Shown: positions 12,432-24,200, numbered from the stretch's first letter. The stretch is 33,000 bases of DNA from Iphione sp. A-MEVVRFRX5 (GCA_976226885.1 OZ320316.1:81127001-81160000), one strand, 5' to 3'. Notes: a model not told the origin generated them from the sequence alone. Program-made: numbers and translations.

Positions 12432-12928
12432 GGAGAGAGACAGTGAATGAGTGTGTGTGTGTGGTGTCTCTCTCTTTACAGCCACCTTGATTGACACCTT
12501 GTCTTGGGGTCGTTGGCTAGGCTTGTTTAAGTCTTTCAGGTTTACAACCCTCAGTTCTGCATGACTGAGCACTGAGCACCAGACTGCTACAAGCTGATAC
12601 TGGTAGAAGGGAGATATTGGTGAGTGTGTATGTGTACATGTATATGCATTGTCAGACCTAGAAATCTCTAAACCAGGTATGTATATTTGTAGTTGTGTTA
12701 GCAAAAGAGTAAAATTGGTACAATTTCACCTTCAAAATACTTGAATTACCACCAAATTACCCAGTGCCATGGGGCCTTATATACCAATATCATATACATG
12801 TATTAAAAATCAGTCCTTTTAAGTGAAGGTTTTGAGACTTATAGGACCCACAAGAGTGTGACCGAAGGTCAGGACAACCAGCCAGCAGCATTCCTAATGT
12901 CCCCCCTCTATGAGGTGGGGGACAATAA
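12313..12928 (-). mobile_element. Helentron-associated non-autonomous element (HINE/DINE-1-like), copy 1, inserted in LINE ORF2
   Basis: Aligns end to end, inverted, with 30461-31124. It has a terminal hairpin gtcccccctc-tat-gaggtgggggac, a (GA)n/(GT)n microsatellite, and a small gacct/aggtc stem-loop at the other end. LINE coding sequence resumes on both sides. Confidence 0.85.
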
Positions 12929-13503
12929 CACATTCTTGCTGACTCTGATAGATGCATTTTAGTAGCCACTTGGCTTGTTCACTTCCAGGCAACAGTAATG
13001 GGTTTGATGTCCCATTTGCCTTAGACATTACACATACTAGGCAGATCCAAATCCAAACTGTCAGGAATTTTAGCTGGTCCGGCACAAACTATTCACTGAG
13101 GATATTTGGAACCTCTGTGACACTCAGCCACTTTTCCTCTTCTTTCAGTTTAATGAACAATTATTACTGCGACCCAGAATCTCTGAATGATCAATCGGCA
13201 ACAATCCATGACATTACAGCATGAATCTAGTCTTTGAGCAATCCCTGATACTACAACATGAAGCTAGCCTATTAGCAATATACTGTTTCATAGGCTTTAT
13301 GACCTACATGCTGCATTTTATTCTTATACAATTGCTTTTGGTGCCTATTCACATAGAAACCCACCAATTAGCAAGGGGTGTTACAGGTCGCTACCCACAC
13401 ACATGTATGTTTCTCTTTCTCTCTATGTTTACAAAATGGCATAGGACTGCAGTGCGTTATCCCAATGAAGACATCATCACAGGAATTTCCTCTTGCCATA
13501 TCC

Positions 13504-13567
13504 CTGCACCTAACTGAAAAAGTAGTCCAAATTCACTGCACCTAACTGAAAAAGTAGTCCAAATTCA
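13504..13567. repeat. Perfect 32-bp tandem duplication
   Basis: ctgcacctaactgaaaaagtagtccaaattca occurs twice in tandem. Confidence 0.95.
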
Positions 13568-14087
13568 CACAATTTTCGTTTGTTGTATCTTTTATGACAG
13601 AAAACATGCCATTTTCGATGGTTTGAAAAAGTATCAACACAAACATCAGAAAATAAGCAACTTATGAGGCTTTGAAAGTATCTCCCACCCATGGGAACTC
13701 CTCCCCATGGCCAGTACTACTTTCATGCAATGTTCTGTATAGGTAATATAAAAATGTTGATATCCTCAGGTTGTCTATATTTCCTGTAGATATTAAGTTA
13801 AACAGAAAATAGTGGCATTCACGGGTAAGCTCAACGACTTCCTGATTGGACATTACTCCTCGCACTCTCTAAACTATAATTTTGTTGGGACAGATCTTTT
13901 GTTGCTTTTTCAACAGCTGCTAGTAAGGCATCCCCCCTCTTCTCTGCCGGTATCATGGTGTCTCAAGTGGTTTATCATGTTTAATGATGCCCGAGCACAG
14001 CAGTCACTCATAGACAGTGGACACCCACCTTCAGACACCCATTTTACTGTCCCATACACTGATTTTACAGGGTTTACAGCGGACATC

Positions 14088-14289
14088 CACCCTGGAGAAG
14101 GCCTCTTGTCCACTCCTTTGTGGTAGCTCACACCTGGGAGAGGTATGACCTCATCCCCACACCCTGGAGAAGGCCTCTTGTCCACTCCTTTGTGGTAGCT
14201 CACACCTGGGAGAGGTATGACCTCATCCCCACACCCTGGAGAAGGCCTCTCGTCCACTTCGTTGATGGATACTAATACCTGGGAGAGGT
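14088..14289. repeat. 72-bp tandem repeat, ~2.8 units
   Basis: caccctggagaaggcctc occurs at 14088, 14160 and 14232. The minus strand encodes the 24-aa repeat DKRPSPGCGDEVIPLPGVSYHKGV. Confidence 0.95.
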
Positions 14290-14763
14290 GTAAGGTGTTG
14301 GTAGAGATGTTAGTGCTACCACTCCTGCCTAACAGAGCTCTATCATTGATCTATAATTATTGCTTATTTGAAAGGTTTTTCGTGTAGATACATGTACATG
14401 TATATGTATGTATAACTTATAAGAAGTCATTAACTTTCATAACTTTCATTACATACATGATTATAGATTATTGATCTATAATTATTGCTTATTGGGACCT
14501 TATAAGTACAGAGCCCCAACAAATCCAGGAGATAATGTAAACAGTATGTAAGATAGTAAAAGGTTAGTAAGACTTACCTTCATCATAGATAAACATAACA
14601 ACTGGTTCATGGGCTTCAAGCCCAGATGCCTCTGTGTTCAACAGCGGCACACAATTTCAAACTAATGGTGAGTTCACTGCAAGCACTTAGATAAATGTCA
14701 TTATGTCAATTGAAACTAATTGTAATCCAGTTAGTACAGAACAGTGATGTCGAAATACCCATG

Positions 14764-15959
14764 TCAGGTACTCCCAGTCCCTAGTGCAAGAAAGGCCTTA
14801 TCGCATTGCGTTAGTGTTCGTGCAGACTCCAATATTGAACATAGAATGTTCTTGCCAGGCCTGTCCCTATTTGCACCTATTTGCACTACCCGCCCCAAAG
14901 TAGGTGTCCCTACTATTCTGTGCTAGGTATTCGTTGCCCGTGGACAACAAACGTACCCTGAAGCAAATACACTGTGCTACTCTGTGGTGGATTACATCTT
15001 GCATTTATAAGGTTTTTGCAGTCAGAGCTCCACTTCACTGTTGTTTCAATCATCACACCTATCCTCTTAGCTTCGGGTAGATCAGCAGCATGCATGATAT
15101 CATTTGCCTTGGTCTCTTGATTATGGTAACTGTTCTTTGCAATCTGTTTGCATGCTCAGCACTCTGGTGCTGCACACCTTCAAACTTGAAACACTCCACA
15201 TACAGGTTGGAGAGAAGATGGTTAGGGGGGGCTGAAAGGCAACAATCTCATCTGTTTCGTTGGTGTAGGCTTTCTCTGCACTTATCCCATCAGGTAGTTG
15301 GGACAGCTCCTTTGTCGGCTCGCAGGTTTACTCTTGTCATGGATGACTGCATTACTTGATGCCTCGCCTCCCTGGCAATAGCAAGTAGCAGTATGTGAGT
15401 AGGTTGGCACTCCTAGGTTAGGTCTTCTCTCATCATCATAAATTGATAATCCTCTAATTGATGTAAGAACGAACGACCATTGAAGACACGATCTCTGATT
15501 GCCATTGATTGGAAGGTTACCAGCACTTGTCTTGCCCTTGGTCTATTGGCATGCATTTTCCCTAATCGCTTCACTGAGGCAATATCATGACCAACAGTAC
15601 CAGCATGGGCCCGCTGAAGGACATCAATGACATCACTCCGTAGGTCTTCATCTGCAAGGTCCTGCAGGCTCTCGATCATTATATTCACCTTTTTTTTTTA
15701 ATTTCTTGGTCAAGCAGGCCTTGGTGCATGGCTTGTGCGGAAGTGTCAATTTCGTTAACCTTAGCAGACAACCAGTGCATGTCCACTGCAAATGTCTTAA
15801 ATTCACGGATGTCTTCAGCTGGCTTGCCTTGGAGGAGTTTGCAATCCTAGAGCCTAGATCACTGACCTTTTTCTGCAGATCGGTGATCAAACCATCCACT
15901 TCCCCAGCACGGGTCTCCAGGGTGACTATCCTGTCTGTGTATGTCTTCTCCTGACTCAT
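14764..15959 (-). pseudogene. LINE ORF1 remnant: coiled coil, RRM (L1/Transposase_22-like), linker, NADAR domain
   Basis: Heptad-like MSQEKTYTDRIVTLETRAGEVDGLITDLQKKVSDL; RRM-like NIMIESL..EDL..DIASVKRLGK..RQVLVTF..RDRV..MREDLT (15413-15688); linker ELSQLPDGISAEKAYTNETDEIVAF; then NADAR; stop codon at 14764-14766. Confidence 0.85.
14818..15240 (-). pseudogene. NADAR (YbiA-like) domain, frameshifted
   Basis: Reconstructed: AF/NHLLSNLYVECFKFEGVQHQSAEHA/QIAKNSYHNQETKANDIMHAADLPEAKRIGVMIETTVKWSSDCKNL/MQDVIHHRVAQCICFRVRLLSTGNEYLAQNSRDTYFGAGSANR/DRPGKNILCSILESAR. This follows the YbiA motif order FSNF..G..W.TSEHYFQ..K..I..A..G..W..M..KF.Q..LLAT..LVE..D.YWG.G..GKN.LG.LLMELR. Confidence 0.88.
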
Positions 15960-18009
15960 CTTGGCAAGGAATAGTTGTTAATTGCGAATTAAAACCGCTA
16001 ACCAGTGTGTAGTGGGTAGGCTAGATAACTGCTCCAAGTCTGGAAAGACTATCTCATCACGATTCAAGGAAGGATGATCCCTTCTGTCGGACAGAGCATT
16101 GGGCAGGAATACGAGTGGCTGTGACGAGTGGAACCTTGCTCTCAATGCACACTTCCCCTACTTATCAACTTGTCTTCGTTCCTAATCATAGCTACCGTCG
16201 TCTGCAGAACTACCAGACAGCTGTAGTTGGCCTACTGTTCCTTGGATGGAGTTTCAGGGTTATTTTCCCTAGGTATGTAACTTATTTAGGGAATCACTGT
16301 GTGTACATTGCCGGATTGTCCGTCACACGTCTGTATTCCGCCATGCCTAAACTGGCATACTGTATGACCGACAACTCTCGGACTTAAACTAATACAAACT
16401 GTATATTCTATATACATGTATATGTACAATGAAATCCATGATTACTTTATAGGCAAACATCACTTGATCAGTAATACTGTCAATGGAATAGTGCGATATA
16501 CTGAACATCTTACAAGGCAGTCGCAACTATCAGGTGCTGTCTTAAAAGAAAACAAAATGACACGTAGACATGAAGAAAGTACGTTGTTTCTTTGGTGGTA
16601 TGAGTGATTGAGCGAGTATCCACGACGTCTTTCACATACGTTTCGTGTGGTGTGATCGTATGGTTGCTTGAGGATCGCATGATTATTTTCAGGCGTGAAT
16701 AATATGAAGTGCATTGTGCATATATTTGCATGTGAGTGTACAGGTATCTGTCAGCGTGTCCTGGTGCGTGAAATATATATGATTGTATGCTGTTTGGTCT
16801 GATTGATGTCTGCCATTATGTGGAAGTCTTTGTGACTACGTTTGGTAGTGGTACTGTTTCAGCGCTTGTTATAATATTCCAGTTTACATTTGTGCATCAA
16901 TAACGCAAGTGTGAACGCATGTATAGAACAGTCAGTTTTGTCTGATGCACGGGATGTAAACTTTTTAGTTGTCTGATTTATGGTCTGGTGAATATGTTGA
17001 ATTACAGACACCAGACATGGAAGGCTGCGTTATGCCAGAGACCACAACGAACTACATGTACTATGGAATAATTGATATTACCTTTTGTGCTACATTTGGA
17101 AATTAGGGGAGATGAATGTTAATGATATGGCATGATCGTTTTTCGTGGCGTGAAGAGTGGTACAGGACCATGTGGTGTATAAGACACAGTTGCTATAACA
17201 AGGCCGGTCGATATACAGTATGCTCTGTCTTATAGCTGGTTAAGTGCGCTAAGGCAAAGTTTACATGGCCAAGTCGCTGCAGCACATCGTCAATCTAAGA
17301 TACATGCATATGTCTAGGTGTTGTATGTGCTGCATTGTCCGCCCTTCTTTGGGGAGCTTGCGGCCTGTTGCATTCATTCATCTATCTACCACTGTGTCTG
17401 TCTCTCATCTTGCTCCACTCAGTCATGAATGGCAAACACTATCGGTCTTCTCAAAGGCTGATCTCGACCTGTCCTTTTGACTGTAAACCATTGTGTCATA
17501 TCACTAAGTGTGAAGTACATACGACAAAACTTCGCTTCATGAAAGGCAAGTGTACAGAGTGATAGAGATTAAAAATGAAATGGTTCCCAGACATGCCAAA
17601 CGACGAATCCTTCATCAAATCAACAGAACAAATGCTGTGCTGCACGGAGTAAGGTTGACATTTTTTAGGATCTTATCTAATGCATATCTATACATGTACA
17701 TGCACTGCTGGAATGTTCACATATCTATGTTACTTCGCTTGGTAAATAGCCATGCATACCAGATGCAGCGTCATCTTGGCCGTTTTGAAGTACATGCGCA
17801 CATACATTGTAAATTCGCTTAATTTCGTCAGTGTTTTGTGAATTTTCACGATACCACTGACCACCCATCTTTAACATTTTATAGTGGGCTGTCTGCCATT
17901 GAATCTATATATGGAAGTTTAATTTGATTTGAATCGGTGTTTTTGTCGTGCATTTAAATGATATGCTAAATATGTACTGATGAATAATGTGTGATATAAG
18001 TGAAGTCGA

Positions 18010-18972
18010 CTCCCCGCCACTCTCAGTCCACACATCGGTCAGCAGTCATGATTTATCCCATATTCACAATTAAAAGTGGGCTTCTTGACACATTTCACCC
18101 TCGTCCCTATTTAGAGATGGCCGGTGAGGGTCGCACATGCCTCCACTAGAAGCAGCCCCTCCTCGATCGTCACTCCGGCGGCGTCCACAAGGTGTACAGG
18201 GATCGCAACACAGCTCAAGTGTATTGCTGCTGAGGATCTGGCGACCTCCTCTCGCGGCGCTCTCGGGTCGTTCAAGCAGAACCGCGAGGTTAGCGTTGAG
18301 CGGCGCTCACCGCCCAAACAGACCGACTACCTGTCTGCTGCACCTGGCCGCCGGCCGTGTGGCGTGCGCTGGCTCAACATACCTAGTCTTGCCGACACGC
18401 AGGTGTCTGCTGTTGGTCGTCTGCTGGCTGGGATCGCGGTTGGCTCGCTGCTGTCGGCCGGTGTTTCTCTTGCTGTCGACTAACCCTTTTGCAGCACAGC
18501 ACCGCTGTCATCAGCTGGTTCCCGACACCGTCACTGCTATTGCAGGTGTTGCTAGGACTATCACCACCAGCGTTTGCCTCCCTCACCGAATGAGATATTG
18601 AAGGCCAGTGGACTCCATGCACACAGTAACAGGCCAGGCTGGATTATTTTACCCCTAAGTCTCTTGTCAGCCCACTGGATTTACTCTCATACTCACCTGC
18701 AGTTGCTGTAGTGTAGTAGCCGCAGTCGTGCGATCACCCTCACGACTTCTACAGTAGCACTAGAATGACAGCCACACATTGAGAATTCACCATCTCCCCA
18801 CGGCTTTGCAACCTGCTGCAAACTTTCTTACAAATAGAGGTCACAAGAGAACTTTCCCTCTGCACATAGCGATCAGACATCAGGATCTATTCCACTTCTT
18901 TATGAATACCCTAACGGCCTAGCCCTGGATTTCATTACGGATTTTTTGGAGTTCGTGGGCAGTGGCGGGGAG
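18010..18972. mobile_element. Putative CpG-rich non-autonomous DNA element bounded by 12-bp inverted repeats
   Basis: CTCCCCGCCACT (18010-18021) and AGTGGCGGGGAG (18961-18972) are perfect inverted copies enclosing a markedly GC/CpG-rich block. No clear target-site duplication. Confidence 0.4.
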
Positions 18973-21199
18973 GACACCGACATGTCTGCCCTGCCAGGGT
19001 TCGACGTTCTTCCGAAGGAGCTGAGGTAGGTTAACTTTCAAATAAGATTGTTTGACCAAAAAGGTGAAATAAATGCAGACGAACTTTAATATTCAAATGC
19101 CCTGACAATGCCTATCCGAAGACATCAAAGACGCATGGCTCGTTACTACATATTCCCAAAGATCACTATCGATATTCTGAAACAGAAGCATTTCACCGCT
19201 TCCTTAAAAGAATACTCATGGCTGTGATATTAAAGGTAAGGCTGAGCTGTTTCAAACCCACATTCCATCACTTTCAAAGCCGGCCGGCGACGTAAGCAGT
19301 GAGGGGTTCCAAAATGGAGGGAGATCAAGACCCTCAGGCTTGACCAGACCGGGCCAGTTCGATTGGCGGGCCCCACTGGCTTATGTATTTGACCTCAATT
19401 ACCTCTGAAAATATCTAATCTGACTGTGTACCACGGGCTCTATCTCACGAATGTGAAGCGCCCTAATTGATGAGGACGAGGTCTATTTTAGGGATAAGAC
19501 ACAAAGGTTAAGGTTAACTGATCACCAGCTACGCATGTAAGGGTTTGAATGACTTGTTATAGTAATCAGGCTGCGCTAAAACGCCACTTACACAACCAAT
19601 ACGCTATTTTGTCACCCACCAGAGGACGATAAGTGCATGATTTTGTAGCCCTAATTTTCCTTAGACGAGACCCGTCATCAACTGGAATGACGAAAGATGC
19701 ATCCTCAATATAATAGTGATACATTCATGAATCATATAACACTTGTTGATGAGCATTGGCTGATCGTGCTCTGATATATTATTGGACCTGATTATATGTA
19801 AAGCAGAACAATTTACATACCACGATATTATTAGGAGTTCATACTACTGCCGAGTTCAGTGTCACAGAGGACACAGATTAATCAGACAGATCTTTTCAAG
19901 AGTGGAGGAAGATGGATTTATTATTGCTTTAGTTAATGAAGCATTTGTATTGGCTGGTGGCATATTGCTCACTTTTTCTGGTATATACCAATTTGAAATC
20001 TATAGAGCCATTAAGCACTGCTTCAAATGAATGAGATGACTGATATATTTTACAGAATGCCCCCAAAAACGTCCGATATAATCCCTCGGTTTTCTACAAC
20101 TTTCCGCAAGAAAAGTATGTCTTCCACCTATACTGAGGCACCTATGCGAATAGAGCTAGAAACTCCATATACGAAGGGCACTTTTCTCTCTCGATACCCG
20201 TCGTTAGTATACAGCTTAAGTTGCACGTGTCATCCGGCCGTGCATTTTAAACAGGTCTATCAACGTGCATTGACTACAACTGATCCTAACACCCTGACAC
20301 TTTGGGGCTAAACAACTGTTGGCATCGAGGGTATGAGCGAACGCTTTACAAAAGGGGTGTACGAGTGATAGTTTTATGGGTGAGACAATTGCACCCAGAG
20401 GACTCTTCCTCTGATTCGAAACCTGAGATTAGCTGGTGCAATGGTGATAGCTACACCCCACTTTCTATGGCTGGTTCTGCACCTTTGATATTGTCTAGAC
20501 GGTACGTTTTGATTCAGTTGAACCAGAGAGCCTCACACAAGAGGCATGACCAGAACGGTTTTCTTTAATATAAATCGATTTGATCTACTTCAAATAACAA
20601 TAGTCATTTCGTCGCTAAACAAGAAACAACAATAAAAGAACCGTGGTATGTGCGAGTATATTCCAAGACGGAGTGGTTCGGTTTAAGTCTCTACCCAAAT
20701 AGTACAGTGTAAAGGGGTAATTGTCTTCGTAGTATATTTGACCTACATTCTTAACTGCTTTCCGTTTGGGTGCCGTTCGAATAACTTATTTGTGTCTACG
20801 GTAGACATACATTTTTATTGGAGACAAAATAATATGAAATCATTCATTTTAATCGGTAAATGCTGACCACAATGGAGAACCACGTTCATATATAATCTCT
20901 CTATGCACACCAGACATTATATAATTTTATTGTATATAAACAAAATGTTTTCCTCTCTTATTGAAGAGACCATTACGGGGTCGTAGCAGTTATCGCTTTT
21001 TTACTGTTGCTAATCAAGGTTTTTTTCTGTGTTCGTTGGTGGAAAGGATTAGAAGCTAAGTACGAGAACGTGTAGATAGCTGAAAAATCCGAGCAACCAT
21101 TGGTAATTTTTCTCTCCCTATTTTATGCAGAGACACGCCTCTGCGTTGGAGTGGAACTAACACTCTTGTCGTTGTCGAAAGTCACTCTTACAGTATGCT

Positions 21200-21268
21200 G
21201 CATCCTTTCTTATGGATTGTAAGGCATCCTTTCTTATGGATTGTAAGGCTTCCTTTCTTATGGATTGT
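21200..21268. repeat. 24-bp tandem repeat, ~3 units
   Basis: gc(a/t)tcctttcttatggattgt(aag) occurs at 21200, 21224 and 21248. Confidence 0.95.
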
Positions 21269-24200
21269 CTTTGTACATGGCCCTCTCCATAGGTTTGTCG
21301 GCGCATGTAGTCATATCTCCTTTATAGCGAACAACTAAGTACAGTGAGGTAAAGACTTTGCAGTGTGGGCGTCAGACTAGAATGAATTGTCAGTATCTGA
21401 GAAACATTAGCCATTAACTTTGTCTTGGGAGAGGTAGATGAGGCTTCTGGTTGCATAAGCCTACACTAAGGGTTCTAAAAAGGGAACCCATGGGGGGTCA
21501 AGCATTTAGAGGAGCCAGGCTATCACTCATGGATGGGGATGGTGGAGCTCCGGTCTCTTCAGCCTTAATAGCCATCAAGAAGGATGCCGTGTCAAAACCA
21601 ATGATACAAGGTCATCACCGATGGATACGAGCATTGTACCATGTTACTGTTTACAATATGGGTGAAGAGTTTGAAGACTTTGTTTACAGATGAGATGGTG
21701 ATGATAAATAAAGGGACCACGTTCCCTGCTTAGTGGTTGTCTTTAGTGTGTCTCCGTGACTTCAAATTATTTTCTTCCTTCTTTATTTCCTATAACATCG
21801 ATTTGCTTTTCGATCTCTTTTTTCTATGTTTCTTCTGAGGTATAACGCTTCTTTCTTGTAGTAATACTCAATATTCATTATTCGCCCACATTTGATTCCA
21901 AATAGTAGCTATTACCTTTGTCGGAATTCCAGTTTGACAGATTTACTGTTCCTTCTTTTAATAACAGTCCGGTTAGCTTTACCTGTCAACGATTGTAGAA
22001 TTGCCTTGCTTTTGTCATGTTTTATTTTCTTTTTGAGTTCACCTCCCTGTTCCCACGCAAAGCAGTTATGTTGCGCCCCATGACTCGCGAGAGCCACGTA
22101 ACACTGCGTCTGTCTCGAGTATTTAACGTAATAAAAGAATCACCTTTAAGTCCTAGTACCAACCCCACACAACGGTGTAACGCCTTTTGCCTCTATGATC
22201 GGTCGATCGTTGGGTAGGCGCACGAATGCTCCAGCTGCATGAGAGCGTGCCCACAACACCGATGTATTGAAGAACATAGAAAAGGTCATCGTCCTCTATT
22301 TCAGGGTGACCAGCGATAGGAGTAGAGAACAACTAGGCTTTGTTCGTCGGGGCATTGTACTGAATCAACCCTCTTCCTTAGCTGTGACCTCTAACGTGAT
22401 CATGATACGTAGGACCGCGTGCAGACATTTTAGGCCAATTGCTTGAGAAATCTTCTATGATACCGCATTACAAGACGAGAACCGGCACGATGTGCATAGC
22501 GTGACGCAGGCATGGACAATTGCTCCAAATTCACGGTAGTAGTCTTCACTTCAGTGGTCATTGCCAAAGTGGAGATTTCCGCATGTTACAGTCATTTGAA
22601 GTGAAAAACTTCCGTGAACTCCGAAGTCTGTGGTTAGCTACATATTTGATGGAAACATGAATGAAGTGCGTGACCTTTCCACCTGTGATTATAATCAACT
22701 GAATGTTCATATGGTGTTGGTGGATGTCTATGTGTATATGCACTCTCTATACCCTTGGCACTGAATGCTTTTGTTCTATGAATACACACTGATTCAACAA
22801 CGGCGATCATGCCCACTTTGTGAGTTACCATTTTCTGTCAACAAATGAGGATAGAATTTGTCGACTGGATCAAACATTTTCTCAGAGGCAACACTCCACT
22901 TTCGCCTTCTTTCAGATGGAAATTTCCAAATCATTGACGCCTACTTCATGGCAAGCAATTTCTTTACTCTGCAGTCTTCGAGCAAACCATGGCTTTAAAG
23001 TACCTGGAAAAAACACTACAGCTAAACCTTTATGGACACAAGGAAACTTTGCTAAATAACCACTTATCGTCTTTAAGTCTTACCTTTCTCTATTTCCCAC
23101 GATATTTAGTCCACACGATCCTCTTTTAAATGCATACATACCTGCACGCGTTTAGATGAGTTCTGATTGAAACAAAACACAGTTGTAGTAAAACGCTGAA
23201 TTCTTTTTAAGAGCAAAGTATTTGTAGTATTTGGTTTTTTGTTTCCCCTTTACGAGAGGGTATCTGCACCCCCACGTGCCGAGGAGGACCAAACACATAA
23301 TCACCACAGTTGTTTATCCTCGGATAGCATGTGACAAGACGTCTCATGTTCGGGAACATGATATGGTTGGGAAATATTTCATTCTTTAATTGCTTTTGTA
23401 TGTATTGCATGCGCATAGAACAGTTTGCATGACCAAAGACATAACGATCTTCCTTCTGGGCGCTGATCCTTGATTTGTTGCTCAATAGTGTTAGCTGAGG
23501 TGATTAGGTCGGCACGTGACGACGCTAAAAGAAGGATTAACCTTAGATATTCATGCGCCGTTGTATACAGTAGCGGAAACAATTACCAGAGTTGCCAGGG
23601 CCTAGCACAAAACGTTTGAATTCCCTTCCTAAGATTACACCCCACCTACATCTACATGCAGCAAAGGAGTATGTTTGTGGTTCTAATTGCTCATCGCTCA
23701 AAACTATACCCTTTTTGTGAATAGAAACCGCTTTACTAGAGACAACAAAATGTTTCAGTATTTGTGACAATAAAAAGAAAAAAGCTAACATAGTGTGATT
23801 AGCTGTTTCTTTTTCTATCAGTTTCAAAGTGCTTTGTAGTCAATGCCTTTACTGTTTACCAGATCCAAATACTTTTGCGCACTGTAATGTGACGTTGGGA
23901 CGGCCTAAAATAAATATTATTTGACAATCTTTACAACATCGTGAGGTGGAATAATGATACACTTTTCGAGCAAAGCCAGATCATGCCACCGTGCTCTCCA
24001 ATGAGGCACTACTCAGGTAGATGTCGATAGCTGCAAATATATTATTTTGTGCACCAGGAGCCGATTGGGGAGGCTTACTGTTAATGCTTTCCTTTGCTTA
24101 GGAGAGCGCTCCGCCAATCAGGCCTCTCATTACAACATTTCCCAAAAGCTGATAATCTAAGGCCGATCCGGCAATTAAAAACTCACAATCTACAGTGGTG

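Larger units (their letters stand above)
11065..14257 (-). pseudogene. LINE ORF2 remnant (AP endonuclease plus reverse transcriptase)
   Basis: RT motifs: FPNSCK..LYEKG..NYRLVAILP..IEKVV..QHEFR (12028-12264), VFIDLSKVF, GVPQGS (11803-11820), YADD (11716-11727), KFLG, and WTRLP (11080-11094). Linker: KQYIANRL and EVPNILSE*F. Weaker endonuclease traces: VSE, RHHDTGREEGG, VVLAMG, and FSNH (~13618-13629). Confidence 0.9.
11065..16350 (-). mobile_element. Near full-length decayed CR1/L2-type non-LTR retrotransposon (5'UTR, ORF1 with NADAR, ORF2 endonuclease-RT), interrupted by a HINE
   Basis: A 5'-end-like motif CATGGCGG..AGACGTGT (~16325-16345), ORF1 and ORF2 remnants are collinear on one strand, ending at the C-terminal LWTRLP motif. 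Confidence 0.9.

Noticed and set aside
12237-12704. 155-aa ORF, with similar ORFs at 30683-31167
   Set aside because: Chance read-through of the HINE and its microsatellite (SLSLSL, THTH).
14818-15240. NADAR as bacterial contamination or a free-standing horizontally transferred gene
   Set aside because: It continues from the ORF1 linker, has no start of its own, lies between LINE ORF1 and ORF2 on the same strand, and is decayed to a similar degree.
18111-18622. Several overlapping ORFs of 68-154 aa as host genes
   Set aside because: Expected in GC-rich DNA; low-complexity translations with no recognisable domain.
21451-21693. 80-aa plus-strand ORF; minus-strand KLFTHIVNSNM resembles an RT segment
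   Set aside because: No flanking RT motifs at the right spacing.
21780-24200. Cluster of short ORFs, mostly minus strand, suggesting an old coding element
   Set aside because: Manual translation gave no motif I could assign.
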